Source: Rhizophagus irregularis (lineage: Eukaryota). From it: a DNA stretch of 64,000 bases. The DNA is taken from NCBI RefSeq assembly GCF_026210795.1, contig NC_089429.1, positions 7,688,001 through 7,752,000 of the forward strand, written 5' to 3'. This document shows, in pieces, positions 25,722-37,799 of the stretch; the stretch's first letter is position 1, and every line of letters begins with the position of its first letter. The notes beneath the pieces were generated by a model, which was given only the letters and a program-made list of their open reading frames with translations, was not told the DNA's origin and searched no databases. Both the position numbers and the translations under genes were made by a program.

Positions 25722-25825
25722 TATTAGAAATATGCAGGATTTTACAATTTTTACGAATCAGTATTAGTAGCATTAATTCCTATTGGTCGTCTTCAACCGA
25801 TATCTCTATTCCCCCATCCAATAAT
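25722..25825 (-). repeat. Dispersed repeat, inverted copy of 49770-49930
   Basis: The reverse complement contains ATTGGATGGGGGAATAGAGATATCGGT, GACCAATAGGAATTAATGCTACTAATA and GTAAAATCCTGCATATTTCTAAT, all matching 49770-49930 closely. Confidence 0.85.
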
Positions 25826-26439
25826 AATTTATTATAAGTTAGAAAAATACGTTATTTCTTATTAATTTTGTTTCTTACAATTTTTACATGTATATTTTTT
25901 GTCTAAAGCACAGTAATTTATACAAAAATATCTATACTAAATATTTATTCAATTGCATTAATTACAATATAAGAGATAATATTTTTTTTATAATTTGCAT
26001 AGTAAATTAGTGATAGTTAAAATAGTTAGTTGCATTTTTTTATATATCTGAGTAATTTAACGTTATTATTAAATAAATTCGATCTATAGCAATCTTAATT
26101 TCAATTTGAGCGCTCGTACGCTCGTTGGAGCTGCTCCGGAGTTGACATCGACTCCATCTTTAAAATTGGCTAATGATCCTTAAGTTCGAAATATACTAGA
26201 TTTAGAATTGAAAAGTAGATTTTGGAACCGTTTCCTTGAATTGAATAAAAGTAGTAAATGTGAATACATCAAGTTTCTTATAAGAATTACTTTTCATTGA
26301 GAAAATTATTATTCGAAACTTTTGGCAAAAAATATAAATTGGTTAATTGGTAACAGATATATTGTTAATTGATTGATATAATTAATCATTGACCATTTTT
26401 GAAGTAAATTTTTTTAAAATTTAAAAATATTATTTATTA

Positions 26440-26606
26440 AAGTGCCGCCCGTTATAACGACATCTCGTTATAACGACATTTATTGTATGACGACATACCG
26501 TTTTTTTTTGGATTCTTATACAAAACATAATAAATCAAAATTATAACGACAATTAGAAAATTTTTACTAATGGCCCAAAGAGTGTCGTTATAACGGGCGG
26601 CATTTG
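26440..26606. mobile_element. pogo/Tigger-like MITE
   Basis: Perfect 20-bp inverted repeat TGCCGCCCGTTATAACGACA (26443-26462 / 26583-26602), internal TTATAACGACA direct repeats, TA at both flanks. Confidence 0.8.
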
Positions 26607-27624
26607 TAATATTTAAATACTTGAATGTACATGTCAAATCAGCAAATCATTTAAACCAAGAATTGGTCTAACAACGAATTATTTACTTTGGAAAGAAATT
26701 TTGTTAATTTATTTTGTTTTTGCGTAATTCTTATTGTTATACGAATTTTTTTATTTTTTTATTTTTTTTTATTTGAAAGAAACTCTGTAAAATAATTTCA
26801 GTAATAAATATATAACTCTTTTCGCAATTCGCACTTTAAAGGACATGATTATTTTATACAAATTTAAAATTATTCTCTAAATTATTATTTTGAATAAATT
26901 CAAAATCTCTAAGATCATATCATTTGTTGATGCAGCTGCTGTTTCAAGGCGTAATGTTTGGTTGAAAAAAAAAAGAAATACGATTAATAAACGATTAATA
27001 AATAATAATAAATATTGATAAACGATTTCCAAATAAAAGAGACACTTTCAACATGAATAAATTTCTATCCATTTGTTTTTTTCTTAGTGTTCTAAATGCA
27101 ATGTCATTTCGAGCGCGTAATATTTCGAATTTTTCTTTCGTTTAGTCTTTGAAAGCTTCTAAATTAGAACTTATAACCGCCCTTCGATTATTAAAAAAAG
27201 GTCAATTAAGTTGCTCTCTGAAAAAAAAAAGTTCTATACATCATCATGTTGGAGTACTGCGGATTTTGACGTGTGTTTGGCAAGATGATTTTAAATCTGA
27301 TCAAACAAAAAAAAAATTGAGATTTATTATTTCATTGTAACGAGTATTATGATTACGAATGCATAAATGCTCACAATTTGTGATTGTAATAATTGAATAA
27401 TTAATTTGAGAGTTGAAATAATGTAAGTATAGTATTATTATCTCCGATATGACGTCTATCAAATAAATGCCAAAATATTTCAATGTTTTTTTTTTACAAA
27501 AAAAAAATCAAAAATCAAAAATTGAAATTTAGAGATTTAAAATATTTTGAGATGAATTAATGTGCATATTTTAATTTTTGATTACAAATTAGAAATTATG
27601 ATATTTCTTAAAATTATTCGAATA

Positions 27625-27719
27625 CCATATTTTGCGGTTGGCAATTTTGGCCAGAATTATGAGGATCTTGGCCGGCATTAAGTGCAAAAAAGGGGGTGCT
27701 TATATACCGCAAAATACGG
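27625..27719. mobile_element. 95-bp Tc2/pogo-like MITE with TA target duplication
   Basis: TA-CCATATTTTGCGGT...ACCGCAAAATACGG-TA gives a 13/14 TIR match; GGGGTGCTTATAT subterminal motif. Confidence 0.8.
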
Positions 27720-27944
27720 TAGTTATAAAATCAATGATTTTCATAATACTACTTATTTTATACTTTCATCACCATAATTGTAATAATTCAAATAAAACCA
27801 AGGTATTTGAATACCAAATTAAGCCTTAATGGACAAACATAATAAATTATTTATAAACATTTAATTTATTAAAATTAACCCTTATTGTTTCGATTATGAA
27901 TCAAATAATATTAATAATATTAATGAACTACAATATATTCTTTA

Positions 27945-28092
27945 TAGCCGAAACTTCCCAAGACATGACTGAATCCAAAATTATGAAACCCAAGTCCGAA
28001 ACTAGTGCCGAAATCCGAAACCATGGCCGAAACTCTATATAGGCCGAAACTATGAAACTATTTTTTTATTACAGGCCGAAAGTCTGAAACTA
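27945..28092. repeat. CCGAAAC(T) motif array, probable transposon subterminal remnant
   Basis: About eight CCGAAA(CT) copies in the same orientation. Confidence 0.55.
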
Positions 28093-28289
28093 ACAAAAGC
28101 ATTTTTTTTTAATAATCTATATTATTTATTTATTTAAAAATAATTATAACAAAATAATTATAACAGCGTACCATATCACCATATCACATATGTATAATGT
28201 GTATTGATTTTTTTTTTTCATATAAATTCACGGTGATGAACGGAAATGTGCTTATTATTATTATTAAGGGGGTATATCATATATGATAT

Positions 28290-28324
28290 GACTATATCCG
28301 AGGTGACTATAGGGAGGTTGACTG
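28290..28324 (-). mobile_element. Single pogo-like terminus
   Basis: Minus strand reads TA-CAGTCAACCTCCCTATAGTCACCTCGGATATAGTCA, resembling the CAGTCAAACCTC ends at 57688; the partner end was not found. Confidence 0.5.
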
Positions 28325-28553
28325 TATTACTGTATTATGTATTATTAAATATTAAAGCCGAATTTATTTATTTTTACTATATCATATTCGGATACTACTG
28401 GAGTGACCCCGTCCAAACCTTTGAGAAAATTGCTAACTATATTAGGATAATTAAATGAAAATTTATAATTTACCTATTTCAAATAACTTTTTGTTTCCAG
28501 GAATGGTATGTATCGGTATCACTAAAATTGTTGTTCCATACTTCCCCCTTTCA

Positions 28554-28591
<38 letters not shown>

Positions 28592-29062
28592 TTGTTAATA
28601 GTCCTTTTTCACAACGTACTGTTGTATTAATTATATACAATTAAAACGCATAGTTTACCACGTATTCGATCTTACAAAGATAAAGAGCAGATTAGTTTCT
28701 TATTTATTTTTTTTAGAAATACAAGTATTTCGATAAGAAAATTTGTTTTTTTTTCATTGTACCACTTCGGAACTTTAGAACACAGAGAAAAAATTATTTT
28801 TTATATAATGAAATAAAAGATATGCATTAATGTCAGCCCAAAATACATGTTGTTATCACACTTTTTTTTATTATGTTTATTTTATTTTTTAATACATTAA
28901 GTAACAGATATTTAGGAATTTTATTATTACCGCACAAGTGAGAGAACTTTTGAAAAGGTTTATCGATGGGATCATTTTCTTAAGAGATAATGTTATTCTT
29001 AAAAGTGACTTGTTAATATTGTCATAATTGTTTTATGTACTGAACATTTAATATCCAGCAAT

Positions 29063-29139
29063 CAATGGTACGATGTCGATGCTTATGGATGGCACTTTAT
29101 CAAACCTGGAGAAGCGAAATCTAGTGCTAATTCATATCG
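29063..29139 (+). pseudogene. Possible DDE transposase relic
   Basis: QWYDVDAYGWHFIKPGEAKSSANSY followed by a GTAAGA donor; resembles the W-x-F-x-x-P-G-E-A-K segment recalled from Glomeromycotina transposase-like proteins (not searched). Confidence 0.35.
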
Positions 29140-30125
29140 GTAAGAAATTCCCATCAATATATATTACGAGCAATTATTTAAATTTGAATATTTAAAATAT
29201 TCTATTATTATAACTTTGAAAGATGAAATGGAAGTTTCCAACAGAATATTATTATAGGTCAACGAAGATTATATATTTTTTTAAAAAGAAATCTATGCCA
29301 AGTAACTTTTTCATTATTATATGAACCTACCAAGTCTTTATGTCTCTCAGGAAATCCACTGGTTCAAACTCCGGCGTGCCGCCCATGTCCAACTCCGTAT
29401 ATCAAATTTCGAATGAATCTCACCCAGAACCAAAAGCAACCGCCATACACACCATGGCGAAGAACTTATTTATTCTACTCAAATGTAGTAACATATAGTG
29501 ATGTGGCATTTATAACTCAGTAACTCTTAAACATCATAAATGGTTTACGCGCACCAAATCAAAATTCACCTCCGCAGATAAAACACGTTCTGCCGAAACG
29601 AAACGCAAACGGCCTTGGGCGATATTCTTGCTACAATTTCTAACCCGCAAATGTTAGAGAGCGGAAATTAAAAAAATTTATTGTGATCAAAGGTCTTAAA
29701 GGATTATGTCATCAAAGCCATCAAAGCCATCAAAGCCTCAAAACCGTCCAATATTATTCTTACTTCTTTTTCATTTTTCATTATTCCTTTTATTGTTAAT
29801 AATTTACTGTATTTAAATTAAAAGATAGGATCTATTTATTATATATTTAGAAATATTGAAGTAACTCATTCGTTCAGGAATAAATATAAATTTCCTAATT
29901 TGTATTTAATTCAAAATCCTTCTGTTAACTAAAAATTTTTTTATTGACTAAGCCTCAGTTATTGATTTACGGGCTTAATGTTTTACAGGTTTACAAATTG
30001 TTAATATATAACTATATTTAACGTAATTGTGTTACGGACAAATAAATAAAATATGCCAGTATTTCCCACGGAAAACGCTTCACGCATTTTTTCACGCATT
30101 TGATAAAGAAAATCAATCTCTAATA

Positions 30126-31514
30126 ATGGCAACTAGAGGATATTCGTTAGTACAAGATTTTGGATCATTAATAAATAATCCTAAATATAGTGATATAGAA
30201 ATTTTATGTGAGGATGGAAAAAAATTATATGGTTGTAGAGCTATTTTAGCAGCGAGATCAGATGTGCTTAACGGCTTGCTTTATAATGGTATGAGGGAAA
30301 GCTACGAAAATCAAATTTCTTTTCCAACAATTAATTCCGTTGGAATGGAAATTATATTAGAATATGTTTATACAGGTTCTGTTAAAGAAGAGTCCTTAAA
30401 TCAAAATAATATTATTGAGGCTTATTATGCCGCTGATTATTTCCAATTACTAGATTTACAGGGTATCATTATTAAGATGGTACAGAATTTTATAGAAAAG
30501 GATAACAAAGAAAACCAAAAAAATTTTTCTCCTGAGTTGTTGTCCAAAGTTGCAGAAATAATTCCATCATTAGCAGAAAATGATGATGCCCTTATTAAAT
30601 TATTATTTGAAGCAGTAGCAACTACGCCATTAAATACCATTGAATTTGGTCGATTATCTTTTTCAGCCCTACACCACCTTTTGTTCCATATACATGGAAA
30701 AGATAAATCATTCGCAACGCCAGAATATGAGGTCTTGCGTTATGGTGCTATTTTGGCGGCGGAAAAAGTAAATAATAATAACTATATAGCTCTCATAGGA
30801 TGCCTACCAACCTTAAAGCAAATAGAAGAAGAATCAGTCGACATGAATAAAACGTTTGTTATTAGTTGCAAAAATATTTCTAAAGAATTGAAACCTTTAA
30901 TTAAATATATTGATTTCAGGCGAATTGAAGGACAAATATTAGTTGAGATCATTGAACCACTAAAAATTATTTCAGAAGATATCATTATAAATGCTCTCCG
31001 TTATATTAAGTCAAATAATCCAGACTTATATTATATTCGTGGAATACCATCGTGTTATAAATCTGCTTATGTTTGGGATAAATGTGGATCAAAACTTGTA
31101 ATTGAGGATAATGGAAGAGTTGTACGCGCGCAGGATGATATTAATTCATTCCAAGCAGCGACAACTAAATGGGGAATAGAAAGTGAAGGAATTTATGAAT
31201 GGAACGTCATTGTTGAGAAAACTAATGATAATATTTGTATTGGATTTGGTGGATTATCCAAATCTCAAGAAAATAAATTTATGTTAAGGTCTGATGGTAT
31301 TTGTAATGGTTCCGTAAATTTAAGTTATTGTCCATCATTTAAGGATGGCACGAAAATTACTGTTCATCTAGATACGAATAAAGGAACTTATGCTTTTACA
31401 GTCGATGGTATAAAGTATCCGAAGGTATCAAATTGGCGTAATTTCCCAGATATTATTTATCCAATGGTAATGTTGCGTAGTCCCTGTCGACTTCGAATTG
31501 AAGAGTTTTGGTAA
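30126..31514 (+). CDS. BTB/POZ + SPRY(B30.2)/ConA-like domain protein, 462 aa, intronless
   Basis: BTB motif YSDIEILCEDGKKLYGCRAILAARSDVL...IILEYVYTG...AADYFQL; SPRY-like C-terminus GIYEWNVIVEK...ITVHLDTNKGTYAFTVDG...IYPMV; start moved to the ATG at 30126. Confidence 0.92.
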   Translation: MATRGYSLVQDFGSLINNPKYSDIEILCEDGKKLYGCRAILAARSDVLNGLLYNGMRESYENQISFPTINSVGMEIILEYVYTGSVKEESLNQNNIIEAYYAADYFQLLDLQGIIIKMVQNFIEKDNKENQKNFSPELLSKVAEIIPSLAENDDALIKLLFEAVATTPLNTIEFGRLSFSALHHLLFHIHGKDKSFATPEYEVLRYGAILAAEKVNNNNYIALIGCLPTLKQIEEESVDMNKTFVISCKNISKELKPLIKYIDFRRIEGQILVEIIEPLKIISEDIIINALRYIKSNNPDLYYIRGIPSCYKSAYVWDKCGSKLVIEDNGRVVRAQDDINSFQAATTKWGIESEGIYEWNVIVEKTNDNICIGFGGLSKSQENKFMLRSDGICNGSVNLSYCPSFKDGTKITVHLDTNKGTYAFTVDGIKYPKVSNWRNFPDIIYPMVMLRSPCRLRIEEFW

Positions 31515-31842
31515 TAAAAATGATTCAATTTATTTAATTAAATATCTATAATAAAAATGTAAATAAATTTTACTGGTCTTGAGACCATTTTATAAAATAC
31601 TAAATGTGCATTAAATGGTTAATTGTGTATTTTCAAATGTTTATAACACAACAAATACAATTATAAAACAAATTTTATACACTCCATATTTATGGGGACA
31701 TGTAAAGATGCATTATTCCTTTCGTTGACAGAATATAGTGAAAAAGGTTAGCTCATGATTTCTGTTTTTTTTTTCAAGAACAATTTTTTATTATTACAAT
31801 GTAATACTGATAATTTTAGTTAAATTCTATATGTTAAAATTA

Positions 31843-32009
31843 TATTCTATATTTATCATGATTATTCTTATATTTATTATGATTATTCTTATATTTATTA
31901 TGATTATTCTTATATTTATTATGATTATTCTATATTTATTATGATTATTCTATATTTATTATGATTATTCTATATTTATTATGATTATTCTATATTTATT
32001 ATGATTATT
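31843..32009. repeat. Minisatellite, 20-21 bp unit TATTCT(T)ATATTTATTATGAT, about 8 copies
   Basis: Direct tandem copies visible in the sequence. Confidence 0.92.
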
Positions 32010-32244
32010 TAAACTTCAATGTTTACATAACATTACTTATAACGTTGATAATAGGAATATAAAAAAGTTAAATTCAAATCTTGTAATTAAATGTACGAAT
32101 TTAACAATTAATTAAAATAAAATATGCAATAAAGTGTTTATATATATATTTAAATTTAAATATAAAAAAAATGATTATTTTAAAGAAATTTTTTTCAGAA
32201 AGATCATATGATTATAAATTACACGTGTCGTCCAGCCTCCGTTT

Positions 32245-33024
32245 TTAATTGAAGTATAGATCGTAAGAAAGCAATACATTTTCTATTTTTTGTAGATAGT
32301 CGTTTTGCTGAATTTCATTTGTTTGCAATAGTTGTTGTGGTTGTAGATGCTGTGATTGGTAAGAATCTTCGTATAGTGGTAGTTCGTGTGGTGGTAGTTG
32401 GTAATCTTCTTGTAGTGGTAGTTGGTAATCTTCTTGTAGTGGTAATTGGTAATCTTCGAGTAGTGGTAATTGGTAATCTTCTTGTAATGGTAGTTGGTAA
32501 TCTTCTTGTAATGGTAGTTGGTAATCTTCTTGTAGTGGTAGTTGATAATCTTCTTGTAGTGGTAATTGGTAATCTTCGAGTAGTGGTAGTTGGTAATCTT
32601 CGTGTAATGGTAGTTGATAACCTTCGTGTAGTAGTATTTGATAACCTTGCGGTAGTTGATAATCTTCGTATGATAGAGGGTGATATAATTGTGGTTGTGA
32701 TTGTAGTGGTTGTTGTGGCGGTTGCGGTTGTTGCTTTTTTGACTTGTATCTGCGGTTTCCCTCAGCCGCTAATACTTTGTAAAATTCTTTTACTTCGTCA
32801 CTTTCATTTTTCCACAATTTTTCTACCAAATCATTAAATTGTGTCTCAATGCTCTCCGTTTGATTCAACTTTACTAATTCGTTTCTTCGGTACAGCATGT
32901 ATGAATTATTGTTTTTACATTCCAGTAATAATTTATCGATATCGATATTTAGATTGCGGATTGGTTTTTTCATTACTTCTAAAAATTTTCTATGTATTGA
33001 ACTCCTTTTAATCATTGATTTCAT
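32245..33024 (-). CDS. MATA-type HMG-box protein with C-terminal YQLPLQED repeats, 259 aa
   Basis: HMG-box-like NSYMLYRR...LVEKLWKNESDEVKEFYKVLA, then a Q/P-rich linker and an octapeptide array. Confidence 0.8.
   Translation of the reverse strand: MKSMIKRSSIHRKFLEVMKKPIRNLNIDIDKLLLECKNNNSYMLYRRNELVKLNQTESIETQFNDLVEKLWKNESDEVKEFYKVLAAEGNRRYKSKKQQPQPPQQPLQSQPQLYHPLSYEDYQLPQGYQILLHEGYQLPLHEDYQLPLLEDYQLPLQEDYQLPLQEDYQLPLQEDYQLPLQEDYQLPLLEDYQLPLQEDYQLPLQEDYQLPPHELPLYEDSYQSQHLQPQQLLQTNEIQQNDYLQKIENVLLSYDLYFN
32385..32670 (-). repeat. Coding 24-bp tandem repeat (YQLPL[QLH]ED, about 10 full copies)
   Basis: TGGTAATCTTCTTGTAGTGGTAGT-like units on the + strand. Confidence 0.95.
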
Positions 33025-34699
33025 TATTTTTTACAATTGATAAAAAAAAAAGACGAAGAATATAATTTTCTAAAAATTTTATTAATGTAAATGATGTTTT
33101 TTTTTAAAAAAAAAATTTAATGCTTCTTCTCAATGGTTGTTTGGATACTGTATTTATATTTGATTTTTTCTTTTCATCGCATAAGTAAAAGTTTTTCATA
33201 ACTAAATTTAGTTTATTGTTTTAGAACCCTATAATTTGAGGGTGTGTGTGGAAACAATTATTGTTATATCAATATATTCGGTATTTTTAATAAAGTATCC
33301 ATGTTTGATTTGTTTGATACGCCCACGTTGATCAAAAACAATTAAATACCTTTTTTGGTTACGTATGCCCCTGCTGATCATTACTCATACAAATTATATA
33401 GATTTACCCAAACAAAACAATACAACTATAAAAAATTTTTTATCAAACAAACAATAATGACCTCGGGTGATCTGAAACATGATTTAAACTCTTTAATAAG
33501 AAATATGTGAAACAAAATTTACAAAACTTGACTTTTTACCGGACTTCGGAAAGGAAAAAAAAATGACTTTAACAAAGAAGTAAAAGAACCAAGTCATTTC
33601 TGAAGATTGATATTTTTGGAAGGTTATACAAAAAAGAATCCCGTATTTTTAAAACGAATTGGGATGTATTAAAATTTGATACAAATTTTTTTTTGAAAGC
33701 ATTCTACAAATTTATTAAATTCATTTGTAATAATAATAATCAATAAATATTATTATTATTAAAATATTAAATAATCAATTGTAAAAATTCTTTAATAATA
33801 AAAAGATATATCCATGTAAATTTTTGCTAAAAATAGAATCATGTTAAATAAATCCAAGTTTGTTAAACTATAAAGAATCTTATTCGATAATCTATCAGTA
33901 CGCATATTACAAATTATGCACTACGCCAAAATTATAAGTCTTTACGACTTTACGTTGAGTCCCAATCGAGTTCTTTTTTATGCATTTTCCCAATGAGAAC
34001 TATCAGATTAATATAATTCATTCTCTCTTCAATCGGAGTTTGAAGGGGCTTTTCTTGGTGAACTTAAAATTGGTTATACAAAAAAAAAATTAGTAATTGT
34101 GAACTGCGTAAATCATTACCATTTCTTTTAAATATTATTTTTAACGTTAAATAAATTCCAACATTCATCGCTGGTTCATTAAAAATTGATCACATGACAT
34201 GGACATGTTGAATTCATCTGCTCCGATAAGCAAAAAAAACCCCTTGAGTAGCCCCAAATTTTTTTATTATTATTATTTAGTGTAGCTGGTAGGATTAAAA
34301 AAACGATCAAATATTATAAAGTCAATCGCCAAAGTTAATGCAATGAAAAATGAAAATGACAACACTGTTTAAAAGTCATAAAAAAAAATAATTTATTGCT
34401 TTTTTATTTATCTAACAAATGTTTATTTTACTATTGTGCCACGAATCGTTAAAATTTTGTCGATAATGAAATAATTTTTTATTGATGATAAAAAAATAAT
34501 CGAAGACATTGAAAAAATATTGGAAACGTAAACTGGTTTAAGGTGGCGAAAGTACCAGAGAGAAATCGCTGGGAACTTTCATTTGGCCTGGTTTTTTTTT
34601 CATACGATTCTTAAAAAACATTCTTTTCTACGATATTTCTTTTTTTTTTTACATCTTCTAATCGGATGTGAGTTAAGTAAGGTAAACCATCGAAGTTAT

Positions 34700-37100
34700 A
34701 TTTTCTTCATTTTTTAAATAAATAATTTCCGTAACTAAGTAGTGAAACCGTATTTAAAAGGCTGACACACAATCATCACAGGATTTAGTTCCAATCGTTC
34801 CTTTCAGTCTTTAACCAAGAAGATTGATTTGCGATCACGTTCTGAATTCCTGGAATGTGTTCGGCTTGGGGAGATATCTTTCTTTCCAGACATAAGTTCA
34901 TACTTCATAGTGCCTCCGCACTCTTTGACAATTCGGCCTCTTTGGTGACTATTATATATTCAGATAAGCAGGTAAAAAAGAGATGATCAAGAGTTAAATC
35001 GACTCAATTTTCTGACCGGTTTCTGGGGAAATCAATGACTTCAGCAACATTATCTAGTTTTCTTGGATTGGATAAAATAAAGGTAATTGAAAGCTTTATT
35101 ACAAACTGCTCCTACAGTACTCCTACAATATTTGCTTTGATAGCACGCCACCCACGCCACCTGGAAGTTTCGTTAAACGAAGACAATCTGATACAAATCA
35201 GAAGTTAGCGATGATTTTTCAATTATGTTGTCAGGTTTTTTTGGTAGCGTCCAGTATGAGATACTGAATGTTAATTTTAAATACTAATAAGTATTGGTTA
35301 AAAAAAAAATTCGCGTGAATTTTTTCCGTATTGATTTCTTTCGCATTGATTGATCTTTTTCATTGATTATTTTTTGTCTAAATAGCCCTTAATATAATCA
35401 TGTATTCTTTTATGTCGATTAAGTTCTCGGTTACCTTTTTGGCAACTAGATTCTTTACAAAAAGCGCCCTTATTTCCTTTATTTCCTTTATTTCGTATCT
35501 GAAGCCAATTCAGGTTTTTAATCTTAACTAATGCCATTCTCATTAGTTATCCTTTCTAATCTGAAGTATCTATACAAACAGTGTCAATACTGGTCCTTAG
35601 TAACCTAACCCATTTGACGATTGAATATTAAGATCTCCCATGATTATGTTATACTTCTTCCTTCTGTTCCTTCTGCTGTAACGTAGGCGACGATGGTTTT
35701 AAAACTAAATTTTCTGCAACATATCGAAGTTTAATGAAGTCAATGCGACTCAAAATATAATTCGGTCTCTGGCGAATTCTTTTTATCTAGAACAATTAGG
35801 TTATCATACTATCATTTATCGAACGAACAACTTTTTGATTCTCTAATGTGTTTAGTTATTGTTATATCGCTGTTTGGTGGGAAAAATGTATTACTCATTA
35901 TTAATTACATCTTTTTTGAAGAAATTCCATATAATAAGTTCCAATCCTTTGTATTTTTCCAGCATGTTTTTCCCAGAGTTTGTTAACTAATAGACACGCC
36001 CTCATGATCCTTTAGACCTTTGACCGTATTTGTTTAATGAATTGCTGTAGGTGACACGTACGGCATCATTTTTATCTTCTTCCTTGTCGGTAATTGAGTA
36101 TCTGTTGTGAATAGCTTTAATACCCTCGGCGCTTAAAAAGTATTTGATATCATTAATGATGACCTTATGGCGATTAGCTGAATTTTTAATGGTTGTGGAA
36201 TAAGATGAGTCTTCCTCTTTTAATAGAGGATTTTGTGAATGATCTTTTATGTAAGGAAGTGATTTGTGTACTTGTACAACTTCGTGATTTTGTCAAAATA
36301 AATGGCTAAGACCAGATTTACTAGAAATTCTGATAATTCAACCAATCCATGATTCACGGGCTTATTAATAATCGTGTTATCTGCAGAGGAATAACAGAAG
36401 TTCAAAAAAACCTGACACTTAGAATGAAAGGACGAAATTAACTAATTATATCCTTGTCTAATCTCTCCAGATTATCGTAAATTGGAAGAATTCTTGCTTG
36501 TAACTATACTACCTAACAATCCTTATTACACACACAAAACACTCTTGACCTCAACTCCATCAACAAGGAATAAAATTTGCCTTCACCAACTTTTTAAGGA
36601 TTGCATAACTTTTGAAAGCATTTTGATGATTTCGGTGAAGTCAAGTATCTGGATTGGTTTGTCCAGTCAATCATCGTCTTTTCCACAAATAAGAAAATCC
36701 AAAAGCGTTCAAGAAGATAAATAATAAATCAAATTTGTTTAAATGATTAGATAATTATCCATTATAAGAGTCCTTTCAAATACTTGACTGTATTTCTTTA
36801 AACATTGATGTTCTATATACTATTAACAATGCATTATTTTTAAAGTTAATTAGTTAAAATAAAAATAGAATTCTGATGTTGTGCCAAACGTTTAGAGATG
36901 AAAAGCAATGGGCACACACACCTCTGTATTCTTAGCATGTTTACTAGGATTCTGAACAGGCACTATTGAACTAAAATGTTCAAAGAGTCGTTCTTAAAGT
37001 ATTGTATTTGCTGCTAAATCTGGATTTCATCAATAGTATTGTCTGATCCAAATGAAAGATGTAGTTCAAGCTGTGAAGTAATTTAAATAAATTTAAAATA
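34700..37100 (-). pseudogene. Heavily decayed coding region, possibly a P-loop NTPase relic
   Basis: GC content is above background, with stop-broken protein-like frames such as KPIQILDFTEIIKMLSKVMQSLKSW*RQILFLVDGVEV (Walker-B-like hhhhD); no Walker A seen. Confidence 0.3.
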
Positions 37101-37799
37101 TAATTTAGCGATTAGGCTGGTAGGAATATCGATGAAAGAATCTTTATAATAATCCATAGGTAACATACTGTAGATAATAGAAACAAATATCAATAAATTT
37201 ATCGAAAAATTTCACTTGGTAAATACACGACTTCAAAATATAAAATATACATTATTAGTCCACTTTATTTTCGAACATTTTCATTTGTTTCATCGTATTC
37301 TAAATAAATAATGGACTTCACACTGGGTAACATATAGAAGTGAGAAGTGAATTGAGCAAAAGCTCTATTTTTATATGGCGTTCGGGTAAACAACGTCACG
37401 TTCTAGGTAGAGGATCTGCAATCCAAATCTAATCGCTTTATAACGAAATTTTCTCAACACGTGACATTTAACCAATCAAATACGCCTTGTTTAACGTAAA
37501 TTCTTTATATAATTAAGAGCTGGCTGTAGTTCTCTCCTTTCACACTTGTTTTCCGTAAATCTCCTTTAAATGAGGGTATATATATTTTTAAAATTATAAA
37601 TATAAAAAGTCTAATAAATAAAAAAGGGATTTATAACGCATTTGTTTTTTTTTTTAATAAATTTAGTGCATAATTTTGTATCGTTCAATCTAAATTGGTT
37701 GTTTAGCGGATGCGTAACTAACTGTATCACCCTCTCATGTATAAAAGGTTGTTTTAATAACGCCAAGAAAGCAACTTAATCTTTAAAATCTGAAGTTTT

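Noticed and set aside
28556..28588. Poly-A tail of a retroposed element
   Set aside because: No TSD or upstream LINE/SINE body recognised, and long A/T runs are common throughout the window
30437..30985. Short minus-strand ORFs (also 51813-52085 and plus-strand 46377-46562)
   Set aside because: Antisense shadows inside well-supported genes
32319..32837. 172-aa Val-rich plus-strand ORF
   Set aside because: Antisense shadow of the 24-bp coding repeat in the HMG gene, with a non-ATG start
37455..37515. CACGTG, CCAAT and TATA-like promoter cluster
   Set aside because: The motifs are short and common, and no intact downstream gene could be assembled
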